In this document: piece by piece, positions 27,983 to 36,383 of the stretch | Layout: each line of letters starts with the position of its first letter | Position numbering within the stretch: position 1 is the first letter of the stretch | Assembly (NCBI GenBank): GCA_024398635.1 | Contig: JAKSIV010000009.1 | Location: forward strand, 5,426-69,425 | Reading direction: 5' to 3' | From: Bacteroidaceae bacterium | GTDB taxonomy: Bacteria > Bacteroidota > Bacteroidia > Bacteroidales > Bacteroidaceae | Length of the DNA stretch: 64,000 nt | Notes under the pieces: generated by a model | What the model was told of the DNA's origin: nothing | Database searches by the model: none | Seen by the model: the letters and a program-made list of their open reading frames with translations, nothing else | Made by a program: the position numbers and the translations under genes

Positions 27983-28618
27983 ATGTTATCCGATATCTGG
28001 CAGTATATCGCCGGGCAGTTTACCGGCATGGATTTCTGGGCTACGATCCAGACAGTCGGGCTCATACTGAGCTTTCTCTACCTGTGGCTGGAATTCCATC
28101 AGAAACCTCTGATGTGGATTGTCAGCGCCATGTGCTCCATAATCTATGCAAGCGTATACTTCCACAGCAAGATATATGCCGATATGGGATTCAGCTGCTT
28201 CAATATCTGCATGTGCGTTTACGGTTTTATAAGATGGCTCCATGGTGACCGTAAACGCGCATCGCAGTATATTGTCTACCGCCACTTCCGCAGCTTGGAA
28301 CTGATGGCTGTCATAGGGGTATCGGCCCTGATCTGGGGTGCCATTTTCAGTATTCTGTATTTCCTTACGGACTCTCCTGTCCCGGCTCTCGATGCCCTTA
28401 CCACCATGCTCAACATCGTTGGTACATGGGTACTTGCACAGAAGATAATCGAGGTCTGGGGAATCTGGTTCCTGGTCAATGCCATCTCCATCTACATATA
28501 CTGCCGACGGGGCCTGCATCTGACCACGATACTGCTCTACAGCTTCTATCTGGGGGCATCGGTTTACGGCTATTTCAAGTGGCGCATAAAGGGTACCGAA
28601 TTACTTGAAAATTGTTGA
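27983..28618 (+). CDS. PnuC-family transporter (PnuT-like thiamine/nicotinamide-riboside type)
   Basis: 211 aa with 7 predicted TM segments. The motifs TIQTVGLILSFLYLWL and W..NAISIYIY are typical of PnuC proteins. It starts 6 nt after the receptor gene. Confidence 0.8.
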   Translation: MLSDIWQYIAGQFTGMDFWATIQTVGLILSFLYLWLEFHQKPLMWIVSAMCSIIYASVYFHSKIYADMGFSCFNICMCVYGFIRWLHGDRKRASQYIVYRHFRSLELMAVIGVSALIWGAIFSILYFLTDSPVPALDALTTMLNIVGTWVLAQKIIEVWGIWFLVNAISIYIYCRRGLHLTTILLYSFYLGASVYGYFKWRIKGTELLENC

Positions 28619-28661
28619 AAACTTTCACCGGATAGGCAACTGACAACCCGCTCTATCTGAG

Positions 28662-28669
28662 TACCTTTG
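28662..28669 (+). promoter_or_regulatory. -7 box TACCTTTG
   Basis: Perfect TAnnTTTG match, 25 nt upstream of the ATG at 28695. This suggests the next two genes can be transcribed independently of the riboswitch. Confidence 0.45.
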
Positions 28670-28694
28670 GTTTCCAGAATAAAGCAAACGCATC

Positions 28695-29795
28695 ATGCAG
28701 CCTTATCTGGAGAATACTTACCTGCAGCCCGCAGGACGTCACAAAGGGACTGACATCTACCGCCTTGACGGTGGCAATTTCGTCAACAAGTACTTTATTA
28801 TCAGCAACGAAGGGACGCGTCACCTGCTCGCCTCACCCGAGGTGATAGGTTATGACTCCTACCTTGCTATGTGCGGTGCCACATCCGAGATGCTGGGCTG
28901 GTGCCGTAAACAGAAAATGATACCCGCAAACGTCGATATCATGACCATCCTGCGCGGCGGCCTCAACTATCCGCTCGAGGAGTGCTGCTACCGCAACGGA
29001 ATCCGCGTAAGCAATATGGATTTTGTGTCATGCGAGCGCGTTATCCGCAACAACCAGATTACCGGTCTTGACATCCGATACACCAAACTGCGTGCCCCTC
29101 AGGACATCACACTGATGATTGGTGACATCATCGCATCGGGTGAGACTCTGGCCCGCTGCATCCGCTACATCATAGCCGAGTTCAAGCGTCTGGGAGGAAG
29201 TATCCGCCACATGGTGTTCTTTACCATCGGAGGCACCCGCGCCATAGAACTCTTTGAGGAACTCACTCCCGAATTCCGTTTCCACTGGCCTGATTTTGAG
29301 GGCATTACATGCATATTCTACGAGGGCATCTTCTCGGCCTACAAGGACAAGGGCGTAACCGGCATAAGCTGGCCCGCAATTGACTTCTTCTGGAAAGACG
29401 GCGTGATTTCACCCGAATTCCGCAAGTATGTCCTGGCCGATGACGACGCACTGTTTGAGAAGTGCATAATCTACGACGGAGGCGCCCGCCGTTACGAGAT
29501 TCCCGACCACTATCATGAGGTTACCGAATACTGGGAAGGCATTAAGGAGGTAGCCGACAACTTTACGTTCAAGGATTTCCTGGACGAGAAACTTGGCTAC
29601 CCCACTCCCGTAAGTTTTGAGGATTGGCTCAGACTCAATCACTATCAGAAACTTGACAGCAACCTGATGAATGAGCTCTACATATTTGAGAGAGAGTTTG
29701 CCAGCAGGTCCGAGGACCTCTCAATACACCAGATTGCCGACCGCCGTCTGAGCGAGTTCCGCAAGGCGCTTAAGCCCTATATGTCCACCAAATGA
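28695..29795 (+). CDS. uracil-phosphoribosyltransferase-like (type I PRTase fold) protein with N- and C-terminal extensions
   Basis: ILRGGLNYP resembles UPRT ILRAGL. The stretch YTKLRAPQDITLMIGDIIASGETL resembles the PRPP loop (D-P-M-L-A-T-G-G-S position). At 366 aa it is far longer than the ~210 aa of canonical UPRT. Confidence 0.55.
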   Translation: MQPYLENTYLQPAGRHKGTDIYRLDGGNFVNKYFIISNEGTRHLLASPEVIGYDSYLAMCGATSEMLGWCRKQKMIPANVDIMTILRGGLNYPLEECCYRNGIRVSNMDFVSCERVIRNNQITGLDIRYTKLRAPQDITLMIGDIIASGETLARCIRYIIAEFKRLGGSIRHMVFFTIGGTRAIELFEELTPEFRFHWPDFEGITCIFYEGIFSAYKDKGVTGISWPAIDFFWKDGVISPEFRKYVLADDDALFEKCIIYDGGARRYEIPDHYHEVTEYWEGIKEVADNFTFKDFLDEKLGYPTPVSFEDWLRLNHYQKLDSNLMNELYIFEREFASRSEDLSIHQIADRRLSEFRKALKPYMSTK

Positions 29796-29820
29796 TTTTA
29801 CACACTAAACTATTAAAGAT

Positions 29821-31077
29821 ATGGCTTACAAGAAACCCGATGTAGACTTTACATCAAGCAGAGTGACCCCCGACGGTCGCAAGAGCAACATCAGTATGTT
29901 TATGGTAATGCTGGGATTCACCTTCTTCTCGGCAAGTATGTGGGCTGGACAGAGTCTGGCTGCAGGCCTTAACTTCGGACAGTTTATCGGCGCATTAATC
30001 CTGGGTGGTATCATCCTGGGCGCTTACACCGGCACACTCGGTTTCATCGGTGCCAAGACCGGTCTCACACTTGACATGCTTGCACACCGCAGTTTCGGCC
30101 GCAAAGGCAGCTGGCTTCCCAGTGCAATGATCAGTTTCACTCAGATCGGTTGGTTCGGCGTAGGTCTGGCCATGTTTGCCATTCCCGTTGCCCAGGAGGT
30201 TTTCCATCTGGAGGTTACTCCTGACCACATGCCGGCCTTCGGTTATATCTTGGTTGCAATAGCAGGTGTCCTGATGACCGCCAGCGCATACTTTGGAATC
30301 AAGAGCCTTACCATCGTAAGCTGGATTGCCGTTCCTCTGGTAGGTTTCCTTGGTACCGTGGCAATGATTATGGCTGTACATCGCGGCGACTCTACTCTGG
30401 TTGAGCAGTTTGCTAAGGTCAATGACGGATCACTTACCGTTATCGCCGGTGCAGGTCTGGTTATCGGTAGTTTCGTATCAGGCGGTACCGCAACACCTAA
30501 CTTCGCCCGTTTCAGCAAGACCGCAAAGATAGGCTGCATCACCACAGTCGTTGCTTTCTTCCTGGGTAACTCACTGATGTTCTTCTTCGGTGCCGTTTCA
30601 AGCATCTACGTAGGCGGTAACGATATCTTTGAGGTTATGCTTAACCTGAACATGTTCTACATCGCTGTATTCGTTCTGGGTCTGAACATCTGGACAACCA
30701 ATGACAACGCCCTCTACTCATCCGGTCTGGGTCTGTCAAACATTTTCGGATTCTCCAAGAAGACCATGGTGCTCATAGCCGGTATCATCGGCACAGTAGC
30801 AGCCGTATGGCTTTACTGGAACTTCTGCGGCTGGCTGAACGTTCTGAACTGCACCCTGCCTCCCATCGGTGCCATCCTGATTATCAGCTACTTCATGAAC
30901 CAGGCCGACTATCACTCAGATAACGTACAGATCAAAGCCGTAAACTGGGCATCAGTTATCGGTGTGGTACTGGGAGCCGTAGTTGCCAACCTGCTCCACT
31001 GGGGTATCGCCTCCATCAACGGTATGGTCGTAGCAGTCATCTGCTACCTCATTGGATATGCCATAGACCGCAAATAA
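29821..31077 (+). CDS. NCS1-family nucleobase permease (CodB / CytX-like)
   Basis: 418 aa with ~12 TM segments. The N-terminal region and the motif NDNALYSSGL are typical of cytosine/HMP permeases. Confidence 0.8.
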   Translation: MAYKKPDVDFTSSRVTPDGRKSNISMFMVMLGFTFFSASMWAGQSLAAGLNFGQFIGALILGGIILGAYTGTLGFIGAKTGLTLDMLAHRSFGRKGSWLPSAMISFTQIGWFGVGLAMFAIPVAQEVFHLEVTPDHMPAFGYILVAIAGVLMTASAYFGIKSLTIVSWIAVPLVGFLGTVAMIMAVHRGDSTLVEQFAKVNDGSLTVIAGAGLVIGSFVSGGTATPNFARFSKTAKIGCITTVVAFFLGNSLMFFFGAVSSIYVGGNDIFEVMLNLNMFYIAVFVLGLNIWTTNDNALYSSGLGLSNIFGFSKKTMVLIAGIIGTVAAVWLYWNFCGWLNVLNCTLPPIGAILIISYFMNQADYHSDNVQIKAVNWASVIGVVLGAVVANLLHWGIASINGMVVAVICYLIGYAIDRK

Positions 31078-31102
31078 TAGTACACATCTTGTATTTTTTG
31101 TC

Positions 31103-31110
31103 TATCTTCG
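31103..31110 (+). promoter_or_regulatory. -7-like box TATCTTCG
   Basis: 24 nt upstream of the ATG at 31135. Confidence 0.35.
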
Positions 31111-31134
31111 CGGCAAAACAACACTAAACAGAAA

Positions 31135-32001
31135 ATGAAAAAAGGATTATTCTTTCTTGTTGCTCTGTTGCCTCTGAGCCTTGCAGCTCAAGAGGAATCC
31201 CAGTCCGCATGGTCACACAGCGGTCTCGCCGGACTCAATTTTTCACAGACATCGTTCACCAACTGGAGCGAAGGCGGTGAGAACGCAATGTCCGGTAACG
31301 TATATTTCAATGGTTCACTCAACTACAAGGAGGGTAAGAACGCATGGGATAACAGTTTGAGCGCCAACTATGGCCTGAACTATACCGATGCTACCGATTG
31401 GCGCAAGAACATAGACAATCTGAACCTGTCGTCCAAGTACGGTCGTCAGATCACAGAGAAACTGTACTGTGCAGCCCTCTTTGATTTCAAGACCCAGATG
31501 GGTAACGGATATCAGTACAACGATTCCACAAAAGAGATCATCTCAAAGTTCCTTACCCCGGGTTACCTGAACCTTTCTGTAGGTCTTGACTACAAACCCA
31601 ATGACCACATCAGCCTTTACTACTCACCGGTAGCAGGCAAGATGACTCTTACCAATGACACCCTGTTCTCAACCCGTTACGGTGTTGATGCCGGTAAGAA
31701 GACACGCTTTGAGCTCGGTTCCAGTTTCAAGGGTACTGTTAACTACAGCCTCCTGGAGGACAAGCTCACACTCAAGTCAACACTTGACCTGTTCACCGCA
31801 TACAACGAGACATTCGGTAATGTCGATGTAAACTGGGACGTTCTTGTAGGCCTGAACGTAACCAGCCTGCTCACCGTCACCTTCCAGTCAACCCTGAAGT
31901 ATGACGATGACATTAAGTTCATTGATGCCGATGGCGTTACCCACGGTGCACGCGTTCAGTTCAAGGAGATCCTTGGTGTAGGTCTCAGTTACAAGTTCTG
32001 A
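31135..32001 (+). CDS. outer-membrane beta-barrel protein, DUF3078-like
   Basis: Signal peptide, then WSHSGLAGLNFSQTSFTNWSEGGENAMSGN. The protein ends in GLSYKF. Confidence 0.6.
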   Translation: MKKGLFFLVALLPLSLAAQEESQSAWSHSGLAGLNFSQTSFTNWSEGGENAMSGNVYFNGSLNYKEGKNAWDNSLSANYGLNYTDATDWRKNIDNLNLSSKYGRQITEKLYCAALFDFKTQMGNGYQYNDSTKEIISKFLTPGYLNLSVGLDYKPNDHISLYYSPVAGKMTLTNDTLFSTRYGVDAGKKTRFELGSSFKGTVNYSLLEDKLTLKSTLDLFTAYNETFGNVDVNWDVLVGLNVTSLLTVTFQSTLKYDDDIKFIDADGVTHGARVQFKEILGVGLSYKF

Positions 32002-32022
32002 TAAACCAGTAGGCAGGCAGTC

Positions 32023-32922
32023 ATGTGGTTGGCATTCGCGCTTGTATCGGCCCTCTTTCTGGGACTGTATGACGTAGCCAAGAAGCAATCACTCAAGGAG
32101 AACGCGGTCATTCCGGTTCTCTGGTTCAACACCCTGTTCTGCTCACTCTTAATGCTGCCGTTCACGCTCCTGTCAGCCAAGACAGGACTGCTGGACGGCA
32201 GTATTTTTTATGTTCCATCAGCCGGATGGGAGCTGCATCGCCTGCTCATGCTCAAGGCGTTCATCGTGCTGGGCTCCTGGATTTTCGGCTATTTTGGCAT
32301 GAAGCATCTGCCAATCACACTGTTCGGCCCCATCAACGCCACACGGCCTATAATCGTGCTGCTGGGAGGCCTTCTTCTGTTTGGCGAGCGCCTCAACCTT
32401 TACCAGTGGATCGGTGTTATAATTGCCGTAATCTCTTTCTATCTGCTTAGTCTGAGCGGCAAGAAAGAGGGCATTACTTTCTACAAGAACAAATGGGTGT
32501 TCTGCGTTATCATGGCGACCATACTGGGAGCCATCAGCGCCCTGTTTGACAAGTATCTGCTGGGCCGATTCAACAACATGTTCGTACAGGCATGGAGCAA
32601 CTTCTACCAGCTGGCTCTCATGACTGTGATCCTATTCACCCTTTGGTGGCCTACGCGTAAGCACACCACTCCCTTCCAATGGAAGTGGCCCATCATCTTC
32701 ATCGCCGTCTTCCTCACGCTGGCTGATTACGCCTACTTTGTCTCCCTGGCATCCAGCGCCTCAATGGTGTCAATCGTATCCATGATACGCCGCTCAAGCG
32801 TCATCGTAAGCTTCCTGTGCGGCGCCATGCTCTTCCACGAGAAAAATCTACGGAGCAAAGTCATCGACCTCCTCCTGGTCCTCCTCGGCCTCTTCTTCCT
32901 GCTCATCGGCTCCCTGCAATAA
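32023..32922 (+). CDS. EamA/DMT-family transporter
   Basis: 10 TM segments and a typical EamA N-terminus, MWLAFALVSALFLGLYDVAKK. Confidence 0.8.
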   Translation: MWLAFALVSALFLGLYDVAKKQSLKENAVIPVLWFNTLFCSLLMLPFTLLSAKTGLLDGSIFYVPSAGWELHRLLMLKAFIVLGSWIFGYFGMKHLPITLFGPINATRPIIVLLGGLLLFGERLNLYQWIGVIIAVISFYLLSLSGKKEGITFYKNKWVFCVIMATILGAISALFDKYLLGRFNNMFVQAWSNFYQLALMTVILFTLWWPTRKHTTPFQWKWPIIFIAVFLTLADYAYFVSLASSASMVSIVSMIRRSSVIVSFLCGAMLFHEKNLRSKVIDLLLVLLGLFFLLIGSLQ

Positions 32923-33067
32923 TCAAACGGTACAATTAAGCAGAATTATAACTTATTTTATAATAAGCTCTGCGGAGTTTTTCGTAATTTCGCGGAGTTT
33001 AAGCGTACTAATTTTTGCGGTGCGCCAAAAAATTGCATATAACGAACATAAATAAAGATTTTTCAGT

Positions 33068-34345
33068 ATGATGAAAGACATTTTTGAGAGAATCAAAGAG
33101 ACTCCGGGCCCGCTCGGACAGTATCAGGGAATCGGCGACGGTTACTTCATGTTCCCCCGCTTAGTAGGTGAAATCGGCCCCGAGATGGAGTTCAACGGCA
33201 AGCCCGTCCTCAACTGGAGCCTTAACAACTACCTGGGTCTGGCCAATCATCCCGAGGTAAGAAAGGCCGATGCCGAGGCTGCTGCAAAGTTTGGTCTTGG
33301 TGCTCCTATGGGTGCCCGCATGATGTCTGGTAATACTGATTACCATATCAAGTTTGAGAATGACTTCTCAGAGTTCGTAGGCAAGAAGGCAGGTTTGTGC
33401 CTCAACTTCGGTTATCAGGGCATGATCTCAATCATCGACGTTCTGACCAGCCGTAAGGATGTTATCGTTTACGACTCTGAGTCACACGCCTGCATCCTGG
33501 ACGGTATGCGTCTGAGCCTGGCCAAGCGTTTCGCTTTCCAGCACAACAACATGGAGAGCCTTGAGAAGCAGCTGGGTCACGCCTGCAAGCTGGCCGATGA
33601 GCAGGGCGGCGGCGTTCTGGTCATCACCGAGGGTGTATTCGGCATGGCCGGTGACCTGGGTCATCTCGCTGACATCGTAGAACTCAAGAAGAAATATCCG
33701 TTCCGCATACTTATCGACGATGCACACGGTTTCGGTACAATGGGTGCACACGGTCGCGGTACCGCCGAGCACTACGGCGTAATCGACGAGATCGATGTAA
33801 TATTCGACGCATTCGCCAAGAGTATGGCTTCAATCGGTGGTGTAGTAAGCTCAGAGCCTGAGATCATTGACCACCTCAAGTGCAACATGCGTTCACAGAT
33901 CTACGCCAAGTCACTGCCGCTGCCGCTGGTTATCGGTAACCAGAAGCGTCTGGACCTGATCAAGGCTCACCCCGAGTACCGCGAGCATCTGTGGGAGGTT
34001 GTAAACGCTCTGCAGGGCGGTCTCAAGGCCGAGGGCTTCAACATCGGCGTAACAGAGTCACCTGTAACACCCGTATTCTTTGAGGGTGGCGTGAACGAGG
34101 GCACCAACGTTGTTGTTGACCTGCGTGAGAACTACGGAATCTTCTGCTCAATCGTTACATATCCCGTTATCCCGAAGGGCCAGCTGATGCTGCGTATCAT
34201 CCCGACCGCTTCACACACTCTGGATCATGTTAAGCGTACCATCGAGGTATTCAAGGATGTCCAGAAGAAGCTCAAGGCCGGTTACTACGAGGGCCCCATC
34301 CAGGATATGAACGTATTCAAGCGTGCTCAGATAAAGAGAGGATGA
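33068..34345 (+). CDS. alpha-oxoamine synthase family PLP enzyme, probably cysteate-C-fatty-acyltransferase (CapB/SulA-like)
   Basis: The motifs NNYLGLANHPEV, LIDDAHGFGTMG and the FAKSMAS lysine are AOS-family hallmarks. The specificity is inferred from the two downstream genes. Confidence 0.75.
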   Translation: MMKDIFERIKETPGPLGQYQGIGDGYFMFPRLVGEIGPEMEFNGKPVLNWSLNNYLGLANHPEVRKADAEAAAKFGLGAPMGARMMSGNTDYHIKFENDFSEFVGKKAGLCLNFGYQGMISIIDVLTSRKDVIVYDSESHACILDGMRLSLAKRFAFQHNNMESLEKQLGHACKLADEQGGGVLVITEGVFGMAGDLGHLADIVELKKKYPFRILIDDAHGFGTMGAHGRGTAEHYGVIDEIDVIFDAFAKSMASIGGVVSSEPEIIDHLKCNMRSQIYAKSLPLPLVIGNQKRLDLIKAHPEYREHLWEVVNALQGGLKAEGFNIGVTESPVTPVFFEGGVNEGTNVVVDLRENYGIFCSIVTYPVIPKGQLMLRIIPTASHTLDHVKRTIEVFKDVQKKLKAGYYEGPIQDMNVFKRAQIKRG

Positions 34346-35565
34346 AATACCAGCTTGTCTGCAAGAAGTGCGGCAAGGTAATAGGTGACTTTGCCGCCTG
34401 GTTCAGTCAGGACCAGCTGTGTGAGTGCGGAAGCAATCACGCAGAGGTTACATACACCACAGATTACCGTCTTCTTGACGAGCTCTGCAAGCCCGGCCAG
34501 AAGGTCGATAACCTTTACCACTACCTGCCCTTCCTTCCTCTTGATGAGGCCGATGAGCAGGTAAGCTGCGGTGAAGGTGCAGTACCCATCGAGGAGTGGG
34601 AGTTCCTGAGCCGATACGCAAAGGACAACTACGGCATTGACTGCAAGGTTGTGGTGGCCCGCAATGACCTGAACGGAGGCAGCGGCACATTCAAGGACAT
34701 AGCCGCATCACTGGCAGCAACGCTGTTCAAGAAACACGGAGTCAAGGAGTATTGCCTGGCATCAACAGGTAATGCTGCAACAGCATACGCCACATACCTT
34801 GCCAAGGCAGGTGTGAAGTTTGACGTATTCGCTCCGCACGACATGCATCAGGAGACCCAGCAGGCCATCCGCGCCACCGGTCAGAACCTCCAGGTATCTG
34901 AGGGCGGTTACGGCCAGGCCAAGGCCGAGGCTGCTGATTTCCATAAGAACCAGAGCGTGATGATATCGGCCGGTAACATCGACCCCATCCGCGTAGAGGC
35001 CAAGAAGACTCTCGTCTTTGAGTGCATGCGCCAGTTGGGCCGTATCCCCGATGTCTATATGCAGGCCGTTGCAGGCGGCACAAGCCCCATCGCATTCGAG
35101 AAGGGAATGCGTGAGATAGCAAGTGCTTATCCGCAGTATAAGATGCCCCGCATGCTGCTGGTTCAGCAGGACACCTGCGATCCTATGGTACAGGCATGGG
35201 AATGGGCAATTGAGAACGAGTTCCCGCAGGGCTGGAACAAGCACTTCCCCACTGTGGTTCCGCAGACAAATATTTCCATCCTGACAGCAGGCACCCCCGG
35301 CATGTATCCGCTTGTCGGCCCCATCGTAAAGAACAGCGGTGGCTCATTCCTGCGTATCAGGGAGGAGGGTCTGGAGCGTTACGGCCGTATGGTCAAGGAC
35401 GCAACAGGCGTTTATATGGGACCCGCATCGGTGGTATGCATAGCAGGATTCTTCAAGGCACTTGAGGAGAATAAACTCAAGAGCGGCGATCTGGTTCTGC
35501 TCAACACCGGCGAGGGTTGCGAGCGCGCCCTTTGGTTTAAGAAAGCAATAGACGATTGCAAATGA
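34342..35565 (+). CDS. threonine-synthase-like PLP enzyme, probably cysteate synthase (CapA-like)
   Basis: N-terminal Zn-ribbon CKKCG...CECG and PLP-lysine motif GSGTFKDIAAS. The ATGA start overlaps the upstream stop. Confidence 0.65.
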   Translation: MKYQLVCKKCGKVIGDFAAWFSQDQLCECGSNHAEVTYTTDYRLLDELCKPGQKVDNLYHYLPFLPLDEADEQVSCGEGAVPIEEWEFLSRYAKDNYGIDCKVVVARNDLNGGSGTFKDIAASLAATLFKKHGVKEYCLASTGNAATAYATYLAKAGVKFDVFAPHDMHQETQQAIRATGQNLQVSEGGYGQAKAEAADFHKNQSVMISAGNIDPIRVEAKKTLVFECMRQLGRIPDVYMQAVAGGTSPIAFEKGMREIASAYPQYKMPRMLLVQQDTCDPMVQAWEWAIENEFPQGWNKHFPTVVPQTNISILTAGTPGMYPLVGPIVKNSGGSFLRIREEGLERYGRMVKDATGVYMGPASVVCIAGFFKALEENKLKSGDLVLLNTGEGCERALWFKKAIDDCK

Positions 35566-36362
35566 AAAAGTTTACCGACAAGGTAGTTTGGATAACAGGC
35601 TCTTCATCAGGTATAGGTGAGGCAACCGCATATGAGTTTGCACGTGAAGGCGCAAAACTCATTCTCACTGCACTTGAGGCCGATCTTCTTGAGAAGGTTG
35701 CCGCCCGTTGCATAGAGTTGGGTGCCCCCGATGCCAAGCCCCTGCCCTTTGACCTCTCCAAGAAGGATGAGGTTGCCGGGTTGGCAGAGCAGGCATGGCA
35801 GGTATTCGGCCACATAGACGTGTTCTACAACAACGCCGGCATCAGCCAGCGCGGCACCACCTGTGAGACCGAAATGCGTGTAATCAACAAGGTCATGGAC
35901 ATAAACTGGTTCGCTCCGGTAATCATGACCAAGGTGATACTGCCCAAGATGATTGAGAACGGCGGAGGCCAGCTTATGGTAACCACCAGTATCAACGGAC
36001 GGTTCGGATTCCCGCTGCGCTGCGCCTACAGTTCATCCAAGCACGCCCTGTACGGATTCTTTGAGACAGTCCAGGCAGAGTATTACAAGGATAACATCCG
36101 CGTAACCATTGTATGCCCCGGACGTGTTCAGACCCGCATATCATTCTATGCATTAGAGAAAGACGGAAAACAGCATGCCAAGATGGATGCCGGTCAGGCA
36201 GGAGGTTGCACCCCCGAGCAGGCCGCCCGCAAGATCGTCAAGGCTGTTTACCGTAAAAAGCGTGAAGTCCTTGTGGGACGCAAGGAGCTGCTGATGGTTT
36301 ACATCAGGCGTTTCCTGCCCGGACTCTGCGCCAAGATAGCCCGTTCCATTAATCCGATGTAA
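35562..36362 (+). CDS. short-chain dehydrogenase/reductase, probably 3-dehydrocapnine reductase (CapC-like)
   Basis: TGSSSGIG cofactor motif and YSSSKHAL catalytic motif. The ATG at 35562 overlaps the upstream TGA (ATGA). Confidence 0.7.
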   Translation: MKKFTDKVVWITGSSSGIGEATAYEFAREGAKLILTALEADLLEKVAARCIELGAPDAKPLPFDLSKKDEVAGLAEQAWQVFGHIDVFYNNAGISQRGTTCETEMRVINKVMDINWFAPVIMTKVILPKMIENGGGQLMVTTSINGRFGFPLRCAYSSSKHALYGFFETVQAEYYKDNIRVTIVCPGRVQTRISFYALEKDGKQHAKMDAGQAGGCTPEQAARKIVKAVYRKKREVLVGRKELLMVYIRRFLPGLCAKIARSINPM

Positions 36363-36383
36363 ATAACAAAAACACATAGAACT

